Below, in pieces: positions 32,101 to 45,976 of a DNA stretch of 64,000 nt. Within the stretch, counting starts at the first letter, position 1; each line of letters starts with the position of its first letter. The stretch comes from Adineta vaga (taxonomy: Eukaryota > Animalia > Rotifera): assembly GCA_021613535.1 (NCBI GenBank), contig CP075497.1, forward strand, positions 5,952,001-6,016,000, written 5' to 3'. Both the position numbers and the translations under genes were made by a program. Below the pieces are notes generated by a model, which did not search any database, was not told where the DNA came from, and saw only the letters and a list, made by a program, of their open reading frames with translations.

Positions 32101-35100
32101 CACTGATTTGATTCAAACTAAGATAATTTTACCACATTCTTTTTCTTTTCTATTTGCTTTTGAGATATCTATTTGCCTTTAGTCTATCATATACTCATAA
32201 AAAAAGTATCAAGTTCGTGTGCTGCCTCTTCTCTGTTGTTGTTTTTCATCAAATTTTATTTCGCATTCTCCGTAAGTTTGATACTCTGCTGTAAATACTC
32301 CTATCAACAATATAATTTTGTTTTCCGCTAAAAAAATCGATGTGTAATGGTTCTATATGATCGTTTTCTTTTTCTCATTCTCTTATCGGATTTTATTGCG
32401 ACTAATCATAAATAATACCGCAAGAGAATGCGCATTGCTGCTGCTACTATTATTTTTCTTTTTTATTTATCATGATTGACGTTTGACGAATCTATTTACT
32501 GTTGTATTGTTGGTATTACTTTATTCTTTCGACGATTAAAAATATAAAATATGATTATTGGCTTTTAATATAATTTAATCGAATAATTTATCTTACCATG
32601 ATTCGTGAGTACCGCTTATCTTTAACTCGAAAAAGAAAACATAAATTGCTGGTTATTCATCATCATCTTCTTCTTCTTCTTCATTGTCATTCGTTCGTCG
32701 ACATTTATTTCGCATTCTTTTCATTTTTCTTGTTGCATTTCTGTAGGTCCTACCTTATATCATTCATCTAAACTAAACAAAGCAACAGACGAAAATTCTC
32801 ACTTTACATCAACAACTTTCTCTCGCGCTATCACTGCCACAAGTGATAAAGAGAAGACACTAGTTTCTCTACAGAAACCAACAACAATAAGTGAAGATAA
32901 AAGAGAAAATCGCGCGTTTATCACTAAAGTTTACGAAAGTGAAGAAGAAGACAACGACGACGACGACAATACTGAAGCCGATACATATCTAACTTCACTA
33001 AAATCAATTGAAGATTCACCATATCATTTTCCAGTTACAAACATGTCACATACAGCTCCAAATCTACGAATGAATCATGATCAATACCCTGAAGATCAGA
33101 TGGAACAGGGTATACAAACTAATTCTGGTACATATAACGATCACAGAACGAATGCTGATGAATTGGGTGATATTGATGGTAATTATCAGCCAAATTCAAT
33201 AACAAGACAAGGTAGAGCTTTAACATCAACAAATCGTCAATATGATAAACGTCGACGACTATCGGATACTCATCCAATGAATGATGTTAGTAATCGAGGA
33301 CAATCATTTGGCAATGACGAATTTCAAGAAAATAAAAAAGAAAGATCTCTTACACCAAAAAAATATCGGCTTCTGAAAAAACGTCTTGACCAACTACGTC
33401 GACAAGAAGAGCAAGCATATGAACAGGATGAACGAGAAAATCGTCCTTCACATCTTGCTAATGGTCATCGGCAAGAATCACAATATCCATCATCGCCACA
33501 AAGACCATATCACCAGTCGAACTTAACATCAACATCGAAACAACATGAATCATCAAATTCTCGCGATCAGAATGATCAAAAGTTTCCGTCAAAAGAGCGC
33601 GATGATGTTCATCAGGCTGGCCCATCAAAGAATCAGACTACATATAGCGCATCAAACTCATCCCCACCAGGAACGCCACCACAGAAAATATATGAACGAA
33701 CAGATCGTCATGATGAACAACGTACTGGTCAATCGGCAACGCATAATCAATATCGTTCTGAAAAGGACATAACATCAACAGGAGCGCAAAATCAATCATC
33801 ACAGTTACCAACACAATCATCAGATTCGTCAAGACGATCACAACAAACTCCTAATCAATATCAGATCAAATCAGGTACTCTAGAAATAAGAGAAAGTCCA
33901 TCTAGCAATAGTTTATATGCTCGTGATCCTAACAATACAGAAATGGAAATGATTTTCAAAACTAAATTTCAAGGTGCTGATGATCATGAACGAGTAAAAC
34001 AATTCATACAAACAACAATAGGCAATCAAAGCGATAATCTTCCGCCAGCCAATATCAAAGAACAACAACATACTAACCGCTATCCACCTATTAACGATAA
34101 TAAAGATAATGATAAATTAACAACATCGGATAGATTTACACCATCAGGTGGAACTGGAGTTCATTCAAATAAGTATGATCAAGAAGGAGATCCTTCATCA
34201 GACCATTCTCCTTCTAGACCATCTCAAGCTCACGGACGTCAACCAACACAGACGATATTAACGCCTGATTCATCTGTACTAGTTACACCTCACCAATCGT
34301 TAACACAACCGCGAAACAAAAAACTATACTTTTTCGGTTCTAATGATCAGAATAAAGGTTCTTATTACGACAGTGATGATGATGAAGGTGCTTGTTTAAC
34401 ATTTGGTCATGGTACGCAGACAACATCTCCTACAGATAATAGTAGCAAATTATATCATGGCACATCTCGAAACGCTGATTTGATACCAGAACGAGACGCC
34501 GCAACAAATACTAGTGTTTCACTAGCACCATATGCAACAAAAGATCGAGAAAATCGCATGCAACAACAAAAATCTGGTCGACCCTACGGATCACCAACTG
34601 ATGAAAATGATTATGCATATGTATCCGACGTAAACACTTCGACTAGTTTGAATCAAAGTATTCCACGAAATACGAGTGGAAATCAAGTTTCTAATCAGAA
34701 AGGTTTTCCTCGTGGATATGACGATGATGATGATGAAGTGGGCAATAACGGTAATATGTACGGAAATGCATATGGTAATGACAATCCCCGTCAACCTTCA
34801 CATCGTTCGGATGAAGTGAAAGGTTCTGGAAACAACGACCAACGTAATCGTAGAACAAATCCAGCTCAACCCATCCATACAGACAGATACCGTACAAATA
34901 GCGATATGAGCGAAAGTGGTCATCAAGTATAAAACAAAAGAAAATAACTGATTGAAATAAGAACATATCGTGTTTAAAAGATAAACCATCATAATGTTCG
35001 ATTGTATTCGAAATAGATTAATCATGTCTGTTTTTTTTCAAAGTTCATTTACAATTGATTTTATTTAAGAAATTTCCATTCTCTTTTAGTTTCTCTAGAT

Positions 35101-37004
35101 TCTTTCTCTATCGTATTTTAATTCGTTTTTTTTCATTTACGTTATGGATAAATTGTTTTTTTGTGTCTGGTGTTTTATTGAAAGTAAAGAGTTATAACAA
35201 ATGAATATAAAATGTAAAGAAGGTCGTTACTTGTTGTGAAAAATGTCAATAGAAAAGAGAGAGACACATCAGACTTGATAAAACATTGGAATGTATATAC
35301 GTAGGTGTATGGTATGTTTGGATAGAAAGTATTCTTATCTCTTTAAAATAAAAAAAAGATATATACATACATACATATATACTTGTAAACTACTTTTGCT
35401 TTTTTTCGTATTTATTTACAGGTAAAAAACCGCTTGAGATAACTGTTCGGACTACTGCGGGACCATATTTGTATACATCTGGCATTATACCACCAAGACC
35501 ACATTCATCACCAACAACTGATAAAACTGATGACATAATCGAAAAAGAATCATTTGTGAAACAACAAACTCTTTTTCACACACCAGATTCATATTTCTAT
35601 AATTCGCGTGATAATAACGAAGAACAACAAGAAAAAAACGTTGCTGCAATGCATAGCGTACGAAAACACAATCAATCTGCGAAAGAGTCAGCAACAAAAC
35701 CAGTTCGAGATCATGGTACACAATCAGAAGTAACCAAACGTACTATCGGAACAATGTGTGGTCCAGTTGCAATACGTCATTTCAATAATGAAACAGAATC
35801 ACAACCACCACCACCACCAACAACAACACAGATTTCAAGCTCACGCCATCAGCAGCAATCACCACAAAGATCATTACATGACATAGAACGAGATTATCAA
35901 AGACATGAAACGCAATATCGACCCCAAACACCGAGACGTAACACTAGGGCCGATGATAAGCATGATGAAGAACAACTATCACCATCTTTTGAACGTCAAC
36001 GTCCACCATCTAGATACGACACGAATACTAATACTCGATTGCCTCCAGCAGCTAATCAATCTGAGGATTTAACATCGAATCGACATCCCCAACCAAGTTC
36101 AACATCAAAAGATGATCAATGCGGTCCTGCTCAATCATACGACAATCATTCGCCTTCTTCGTTCTCAACATCAAATAATTATTCATCGAAAAAAAAACAT
36201 CAACCAGCCAAAACTTCAGTTGAAACAGATACTAGGTACGATGGTATGAAACCTCAAAGAGATCAAGGTGTTCAATCAGAAACACGTTCAGTAAGACATA
36301 ATGGGACATCAACAAATACAGAAGAAAAACCTCGACACCCAGATCCATTGAACAGACCAACCCGTCCAGTGGTAGTGAAACCTCAAGATGGTTGTATTCT
36401 GTTGACATGTGATCCACCACGACCGAAACCGGGAGTTATTCCTCTTCATCCTGAGAAAAATGATGGTTATGTTGGCAACTACGATCCAGTTGACAACGGA
36501 AATGGTTCAAATAATCAATCAAATACGTCGACAATATATGGCGATAAAATTTATATCGATCAAAAACCAAAGCCGACTATAGTTCCACTTAGTTATGGTC
36601 ATCAGCATAAGACACCACCGATGCGAGAATCACCTACATTAAATATTGGCACTGAAAATTTTATTCGAGAATCACCCGATAATGAATTTACAACTCCACT
36701 GGAAAGAGATTACATTGAAGATCCTAATCGATCATTTCATATAGATAATCGAAATGATCCGACATCCCACAAGAAACGTGTCGTCTTATTACGTGTTCTT
36801 AATTCAGCGCAAACATATGTTTTCGAACAACAACCATCATCAAACAAAAATGTTCATCAATCACGAACAAATAAAAATTTCTTATTAGCATCATCACCAA
36901 CAATGCAATCATTTAATTCACCAGCTCGAATTCACGATTCTCGTACAAATCAAACAAGTTCAAATGATTTTACTGGCCGACATTTAGCTTCCCAAAATGC
37001 CTAA
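29129..37004 (+). CDS. Ankyrin-repeat + discoidin (F5/8-like) + possible SAM-like protein with long disordered C-terminal exon(s); start uncertain
   Basis: Ankyrin motifs (TPLIIAAGKG, TALNLAV, GKTALHRAA, TTPLHIA, GETPLSIA). Discoidin-like NLLD...YW...WIIFDL...TRFLRVFILDNYGG. The phase-1 donor at 32062 joins in frame to exon 32747-34932 or to exon 35422-37004. Confidence 0.75.
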
Positions 37005-37518
37005 TTTTCTTTTTGATTTATTTTCATTTTTTTTATAACGCTTTAAAATTCTTTTACTGAATGATTTTTGTATTAAAAAAAATATTCACGAACAATAAAT
37101 ATTCTATTTGACTATTTCTAATAAATTCATTTCTTTTTTTCAAACGTACTGATGGTTGATGACATTGTTCAAGGTATCGTATGAAAGAAACCAAACATAA
37201 TGGATATCACTAGTTCAAAAAATTGAAACTATTCAATGTTATTACATCATCGTTATGAAATGGAAGAACGATCCTACATCATATTACTATTGCATTAAAA
37301 GATATTCAGTAAATATGTGGAAAACAATTGCTATTAAAAAATATAAATAATGTCTTTTTTCTCGCTTGTTTACGTCGATGTCTTTTTTCCTCTTATATTT
37401 TTCGCCTGCGAATGACGCCATGAGCAGAACGCAAAGCTGGTTTTCATTATAGACGAAGAAAAAAGATAGAGATCGGCAAGACAAACTTTTGTTACTTTCT
37501 TTTCTATTCTAAACAACT

Positions 37519-40500
37519 ATGATGAAGGCTGCACCCGCAATTACAAATGGACTTCAAAGGGTACAAACTGATCAGAATAATTCATCTTTATGTCCAATTG
37601 AGGAAACTGATGCTTTGTTCGATATAGATTGTCAGGAACTATTAAATCCTGAAGAAAAAGGTAAAAATTAATAAACATTATTCTTTTATCAAATACGTTT
37701 CTTTGTTGTATATATTTAGAGGAATTTCAAAATTTTTTGTTATATACCGATCAAATGAAAGAGAACCCATTTGGTAAGAATACAACACATCTATTCTAGA
37801 TCTAATTTAGAAAAGTAGATGAAACGACTATTCCATCGCTCACTTTTTCTGTTGTGTTTTCATCTCGAAAACAACCTTCATTCATTTCCTAAACCAAGAG
37901 ATGTCATACTGTCCATTGTTTTTTCACCAAAACGAGTAATATAAATAAAAAAAACAAAGCTTTGACAACAAAGGTAAAGAAACTTAGGACAATATTTTTA
38001 TTTACTAATCAAATATAATCAACACGTGTAGTCGATTTTAACACACGTGAAAAGTTCGTTTAAAACATGAATCTGTTCTACTAATTGAATTTTTGTTCAG
38101 TATATAGTCTTTCGAAATTGTTCATATCGTTCACTTTTTATTTATCTATTATTTAATAAATTCAATTCATTTCTTAGAATGGCGACAATTGTTCGATACG
38201 GCGACCAATACATTTAGATCGAAATATGAATTTCGTCTATGTGAAGTAAATAATGATAATCTATCTTTATATTCATCTGTTCTCTGTGGATTGGATCGTG
38301 TGGATGAAATTGTTCCTAAACGTTTATGTAGAAAGGTTATTGGTCATATTATTGAATCATCTGAATCCAGAGTCTCTTATCGTTCACACGAAATCGATGG
38401 AGAATATTGTACAAATATCGAAGAAGATCTCGAAGTAGTTGGTGAACCTGAACTTCATGCTTTAGCATCGCTGTATCCAAAATATTTATTCTGTGTTATT
38501 TCGGCAATTTGCAATGGTAATGAGATCGTTTCTACAATAATTTACAAATATGTTAAAGATATCAAAGCATATGACAAATGCATTTTTGTATTATACGATG
38601 GTGGAACTCGTCAATATCAACCTTTATATTTATATAACAAAATAGATGGTGAAGAAGAAAAAACCAGTTTAAATATCATGATACAGATGAGAGAACTTCT
38701 TTGTGAATTTATTGAAGAAAATTTACATTGTAAGTAAATTCTTGAATTATAGCAGACAATAAAAGTGAATTATCTTTTAATCTGTGTGCAGATTATGGTG
38801 CCGTGAAATTCGAAGAGGTAGAAACGTCCGATGAAAATTGTATATTGATTGAAAACGAAAGTAAGCAAAATGTTATATTTCATACATGTTTTGTTCAATA
38901 ATTTTCTTTTTCTCGTAATTTCCAGATGATGGTAGTGATAGATGTAAATCCATCAAAAACAATAATCTCTTAGAATCAGGTATTGATCCATTATAAATTA
39001 CATTCTTGAATTTGTCTTTTTTTTTCTTCAAATTCTTCATAAAATAGAAATAAACGATGATGATTCAATGGATCTCTACACCGGTGGCACAAAAATCTCA
39101 GCATCAACTATGAATAAAGGTTTGTTAGAAAGGTTTTGTATTTAGATTCAATATGAGTACAGTCATCTTTCGTGTACAATCCATTCTAAATTAGAGCTAA
39201 TCGAATAGTATCAGTTCGTTTGAACAAGAGATCTTAGTTTCGTCTAGTTAATGAAAAATGAAGTAGTTGATCGATAGGAAAGCTCGAACATACCTACAAG
39301 TCATTTTAATGTGTTTTTTTCGTTCTAACAGGTGCCAATATATCATTGAAAATCAAGCAACGTAATTTTGAACAAGCATATGAATTTGTTAAAAAATCTG
39401 TTCTTGGTGATGGTCACTGTTTATTTTCATCATTGATCAATGTACTACATCCTTTAAAAGCTACAACTTACGAAAGTTTGAGAAAAGAGGCTGCAGATTT
39501 TATCCGTCAATCAGATCAAATTGACGATAATGTGTTGCACAGTGAAACTGGGCTTACTCGTGAGGCTTATTGTTACAAAATCGAACACACGAATACGTAC
39601 GGTGGTGAATTAGAATTATGGGCTATCGGCAAACTATATAAGACAATAATTCGTGTAGTCAGTGTGGTAAAAGGGAATCATGAAGTACCATCTGTGTCTA
39701 TCACAGAATTTCCGAAGGATGAGCCGTTATTTGAAAATACGGTTTACATTCTATATGGTGAAGAACAAAAGCATTATGAATCGTTACATTTAACGGATGT
39801 TACATATCAGCGTGAAAATTGGACCGCGTTTCACCGTGATGATGAGACAGTACCATATCTTCTTTTGGAATTTATTCGAGACAAACTTTATTGTAAGCAA
39901 ACATAACTTTTCATTGTACATAAATAACCTCTTGTCTCAAAAGATCCCGAGATATACAATCCATTATTACGAAAGTGGGACAGCAGCAAGATTTGATGGC
40001 TCATATACAATGTAAATACATGTTTATATAATTTCTTTTTCTACAATTTTTCTTATTCAAAATAGCTGTAAACGGTACTACCAATGTTTCCAATTTGCCA
40101 GTGATAAATTCTACAAGTGATTTATCAAGAAAACGAAAATTATCAAGTGAAATCGTTTCATTTCATAAGTTTGTAATTCTTCCTTATATTTATATAGAAG
40201 ATGAACAAAGTCCATTTCCAAATGCTATTGGAAAAAAATTATCATCATCAGAACTGATCACCAATAAAGGTTTGTCATATAGATTTCTGTTAGAAATAAA
40301 AGACTTGAAGTCAAAGTAGAGGAATAGCTACAATACAATTAATTTTACCTTTACATTCTAATCGTCCATGTCTAATGTCAATAAAGAATACATTTATTTA
40401 GGAGACAATGTATTACCTTCGACATCTCATCGTTCAATTCCTGCAAATGATCGAATTTCACCACTTCGTATGTTCAAAACGATTCATTTTAAGTTTTGTT

Positions 40501-41621
40501 TATTCATAGAATGTTGCGTATTTTTCTAGATAATGACAAAGAGTCATCAAACAACGTTGACAACTTCCTTCGAATAGATGCCACACCCTTTCCGCAGCGT
40601 ATGTAGAATTTTGAAAAAGAATTACCTGAATTAACGTTTGAAAAAATTCTAGCTACCTATGATATCGGTACAAAACAAAAACAAAGCAAGAACTTTCCAA
40701 ATGCTTCACTTTCAAGTAAAACAACTCCGCATTATGAAGAAATTCAACCACAAATAAGATTTGAAATCGAACCAGTAGCAGAGTTTCGTGCACGATTGTT
40801 GAGTGATTATATTCCAAAGAGTGAGAAAAAGAAAAATGGAACAGAATCTAAAATAAGACCGCCAACTTATTTTTCTGACCAAAACAATAAGCATTGTCTC
40901 AACTTATTGGTTTGTTATTTCTATACGAAGAATGTAGTATACAATATTTCTTCTAGATTCCAAAAACAATCTTACCTAATGATCCTTCTTCTATTTGGAT
41001 AGAAGTCTGCATAGTGACACGAACAATCAATGGATGGATATATATTAATCCACTGTTTGCATTTTATAAACATGAAACTGATTCGAAATCGATTACTTCG
41101 AATCCGATTCTTATTAAACTAGAAAGCGATGCTGCTTACAAATTAAAGGAATATTCCGAAGAATTAGTAAACTTGCTGTATGTTTATTCATATAGAAAAT
41201 TTCATATGACATTAAAATCAATTTTAGTCTATATCTAGCTGTTATAATGCTTAAAAACGATGAAGTATTACAAAAGCAACCGATACAACAATTTAAATCA
41301 GTAGAATCGAGTATGTTAATATCTTCCGTTCGTCACGATCTTGTCTAATAATTATTTTAATGTCTTAGATGGTATTGTTAATACAACGAAATATGACACA
41401 TCGGATGCTTTAAAAAACGCTTTTCATATGAATGACCTTCGTTTTGCCATCACTCCATGGATTAAAAAAACTCGGGAAGATCCTCACTGTCAATGTCCAG
41501 AGCTTCAATATATTAGCCAAATTTCAAGACAGAATAAAAATGTAATTATAACTCTAATTGTGAATACAGAAAAATCAATTTCTTTTTAATTTAGTTCAAA
41601 GTATCAGAAAAACAAATTTAA
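37519..41621 (+). CDS. Multi-exon protein: acidic N-terminus, inactive OTU domain, intact OTU deubiquitinase domain, basic NLS, divergent Rel-homology-like domain
   Basis: OTU2 (39331-39896) has GDGHCLFSSL, YGGELELWAI and KHYESL. OTU1 (38178-38730) has NNDNLSLYSS, VGEPELHAL and RQYQPL. SRKRKLS lies at about 40125. The C-terminus reads IRFEIEPVAEFRARLLSD...IEVCIVT...MNDLRFAITPW...YISQIS. Confidence 0.75.
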
Positions 41622-42158
41622 AAAAACACGTGATCAAGTCTTGACATTTATCTACATTCTGAAATTTCAATGAATCATCAATGCAGGAATTCAAACAATT
41701 TCCAGATTCTTTCATGATATTGCCTATCTTTTAATAGTTTTATGTTTTTCTTGTTTTCTATTGCATTCTTTTCGGTTATAAAACAAGGCAATCTGTTTCT
41801 ATTTAACACTAAATACACATTCATAATATCATAAGAATAACTGATCATTTTTTTTATACAATACTCGACTTATTATCAACAGGAGATGTCGCTCAACATC
41901 TGAACATATGTATAGAAGAAAACAAGTTAATCAGAAATAAAATAACAAAGCAGACATAAAACGATTCATGCCTCGATCGATAGATGATGAAATTGTATTC
42001 AGAGATATACCTCTTCGTTTGTAAACGTGTACAAACTGATGTTTGTTTGTTTGTTCTAGACGAGAACGAATACATATTACGACATGTATTCGATATCATT
42101 CCTCCTTCTTTTTACGAATTATCGTTGCGTTCATTTTTCTTTTTATCATTAGATTCTA

Positions 42159-45100
42159 ATGTCAGCACCCTATTACCACTATCCATCATCCACAAATAAT
42201 TGTGGAAATCCTGATCGTGGAAGAAAACGTAAATAAATATCTATACATATATTTATTATTTGATTAAAACTTATAAACATCTTTATTTTAGCTCGGTATG
42301 ACACACGTAATAAAGATATTGGTCCATCATCATCTTACATAACACAGAATACACATAATTATTATCGTCGTCCATTATCACCCGTTTCAGTTGGAGATGT
42401 ATGTAATCGTGTTAATAAAGTTTCGTTCGAAACGAATTATAACACACACAACACTCGAATACGTAATCGTTCTGCAGAACCTCGTCATTTGGAGAAACCT
42501 CATGAACATCGTCCACCATCTGTAAATGCTGTTCGTTCTGTTGTACCTGAACGTTCTCAACATGATCAAATCCCTATTTGTTCTCGTCCTGATTCGGGTG
42601 GCACTAAAGGACAATGTATTACACTTTATACAAATCATTTTAAATGTAATCTACCTGAGAATCTCGCTATTGTAAGTATTAAAAATATCATCCATTTACC
42701 TTCTTTACTTCAATTTCTTGATAGAATCAATATACAGTCCATGTCAATGTATTCAAACGTGGAAAGTGGTGTAATGCAAATAAACGTCAACATAATCGCT
42801 TTGAAATTGTTCAAAGAATTCTTGAACGTGAAGCTGACAATCTACCATTCGTTTGGTAGGTAATCATTATTGAAGAATGCCCATATATCATTTATGCTTT
42901 TGATTTCTAAGGTTTGATGATGGTAATTTTCTTTATTCTCGAGAATTATTACTTAACAAAGCTAAAACATATGAAATAACAATTAAAAATCAACTTTATC
43001 AATTAGATATTAAAGATATGTCCGATCGAGTTACTATAGAAGATATGTGGCAATATGTTCGAAGTAAAACACCTTGTAAACGTCCACAAGATTTAATTCG
43101 TATGCTTGAAACATTACTTAAACAAACGGTTCGTTCACGAATGGTTTGTATTCGAAATCAATTCTTTGAAAAAAATCAAACATTATATGAGGGTGGTTCG
43201 TATTTATATATGATTTTGTTCTTCTTCGTTTTTAATTCTTATTGTTTCTTTTTTCGAAGGTCCCTTTCAAAATAGTGGTTTTGCATTAGCTCAAGGTTTT
43301 TATCAAGCTATGTTTGTTACTCAAGCAGGACCAACATTAACATTGGATACAAAATGTTCATGTTTTTATCGAAATATTGATATGCTTTATTTTCTTTCAA
43401 TTTATCTTGGAAGAGATATAACTGTGAAGGGAGGAATATTATCTAATGATGAAAAACGTGCATTGTTACGAACAAAATGTTTAGAAACAATTACAATTGA
43501 AACTCGACATACAGCAAATAAAATGGTTTATAATATTCGAGGTTTTGGTGATAGTTCTGATTGTCATCCAGTTACATTAGATGGACCAGATGGTGATTCA
43601 CGTAAAATGTCTGTCACACAATTTCTTGATGAAAAATATCATATTAAATTAAGATATCCACATTTACCAACATTTGAATGTGTAAATAAAGGTGCACAGA
43701 ATTCCTCATATATACCAATTGAATTATGTTTTGTGGAAGAATGGCAAATTGTTGATCGTTCATTAATGTCAACAGATCAAAATGCTGAAAAATCGAAACG
43801 ATCAATTTTATTACCTGAAGTTCGTTTTAATAAAACAATGAATATTGCGAATGAAAGAAATTTTAATAATGATTCTTATTTAAAACATTTACCATTGACT
43901 ATTGATACGAATGAAATGTTACAAGTAAAAGGACGTGTACTTGAACCACCAAATATTGTCTATCGAAATAATCGAATTGTCTCAGTAACAATCGGAAAAT
44001 GGTTGATGAAAGGAAATCTATTACAACAAACAACACGTGTTCAAAAAGTAGATAATGTTATGATGTTGATTGATAAATGAAATTTTTTTCTAGTGGGAAA
44101 TGATTTTAGTCAAAGATGGTAAACGAGAACCAGGACATATGGATATGCAAAAATTGGATGAATTTTGTAATATGTTACCTGAAGTAAGTGTATTGAATTG
44201 CTGATCAATTGAAATCAAATTTCTATATAGACAACACGTCGATATGGAATTCAAATGAATCCTAATTTCGAAACAAAAATCATATCTCATCATCAAATTC
44301 GTCAATGTATTTATGATCTACATGCAAGTGGTGCTGAATTTGGTTTATTTGTTTTAATTGGTGATTGTCCAGAATCCTATCAAACAATCAAACGTTGTGC
44401 ATTACAAGAATTTGGTATCATTACGCTCTGTAAGTATATCTTCTCTCCAATGACTTGACAAAAAAAATTGATCTTTCATTTCCTAGGTTGTGATTTGGGT
44501 TCTATTCGAAAACAGAACAATCCTGGAAAACTTGTAAGTTCTATCCTATCAAAATTCATTTATTATATTTAGAAATATTTAGAATGCTTATATTGAAAAT
44601 GTTGCTCAAAAAATAAACGCACGATTAGGTGGAATTAATTCGTCAGTTTCATTCAAGAAAATATTTGTTGATCAACCAAAATCCAATGGTGATGTATTTA
44701 TGTTTATTGGCGCCGATGTTTCACATGTCGTAGTTTCGGAACGTAAACCATCGATTGCTGCTGTTGTTGCTAGTGTATCACCAACATCAACACAATATAT
44801 TTGTCGTTCAAGTGAACAACGACCAGTTAAAGATAAGAAATATTCTTTAGAAGTTATCAAAGATTTTCAACCAATGACACGTGATCTTTTACATGTTTTT
44901 GTACAAACAAATAAACAATATCCAACAAAAATCGTCGTTTATCGTGATGGTGTCGATGAAGGACATTTTCAAAAATTATTAGATAATGAAGTTCAAGCAC
45001 TGAAAAATGCTTGTATAGAAGTTTATGGTAATCGTCCACTACCAAAAATTACCTTTGTTGTCATTAAAAAATCACATAATACACGTTTTTTTGCTCCAAA

Positions 45101-45584
45101 TGGTCAACGAATAACAAACATGGCTGCTGGAACAGTTATTGATACAACAATTGTACATCCACGTCAATTTGATTTTTATCTTAATTCACATGCTGGTGCA
45201 TTAGGTACAAATGTTTGTTCTTATTATCATGTTTTATATAACGAAATTGAATTTACAAGTGATGAATTACAACAACTCACATTTTGGGTAAAGACAAATA
45301 GATTTGAACTGAATAAAAGATTGATTTCTTCATTCGTTTAGCTTTGTCATACTGATGTGCGATGTACAAAAGCAGTGAAATGTCCTGCAGCAGCTCGTTA
45401 TGCTCATACAGTTGCTTATCATGCAAGATATTTCGAAAAAGAACCATATCAAACAACATCTCAACATCAAACAAATAATCGTGATCCTTCAGGACCAGGT
45501 GAAGATGATCTTACTCTCGAAGATATCAAAAGTAATTTAATTATGGTCAATAAAAATGTCAAGAACATGATGTGGTTTACTTAG
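42159..45584 (+). CDS. Divergent Argonaute (N, L1, PAZ, MID, PIWI) with complete DEDH tetrad
   Basis: LYTNHF (N domain), KLRYPHLP...YIPIELC (PAZ), GRVLEPP, KINARLGGIN, FIGADVSH, YSLEVI, VYRDGVDEG, LCHTDVRCT...ARYAH, and C-terminal MMWFT. The exon junctions I traced splice in frame. Confidence 0.95.
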
Positions 45585-45976
45585 AGAGAAGAAAAAGATA
45601 TTCATATTTATTTGTTTTTCTTTTGTGTACGTATACTAATTGATTTGATTGAAAACGTTTCATGGATGTATGTTTTCTATTCATTGTCTATTATTGTATC
45701 ACATTTCTATTTACGTTTTTTGTTTCGTTGGATTGATATTTTTATATGATGATACTTTTAGTATACATACGAACTTATAATAAACAAGAAGAAAGAAAAA
45801 CTATATTACATGCGTGAGAATCATTCGATTGTTAAATTCTATGGATGTCGCTCGTAATTCATAGAACGACTGACTGACTGGTAAAACCTTATTCTGAAAG
45901 GTGGAATACAAATCCAATCCTCATACTGATATATGAAGATGCGTAAAATGGAAGAAGAATGTTTGAGTTGATAAGC

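Noticed and set aside
38660-38695. Possible compensating frameshifts at the end of OTU1 (TSLNIMIQ versus TSFKYHDT)
   Set aside because: The frame stays open, and divergence alone can explain the poor alignment to OTU2.
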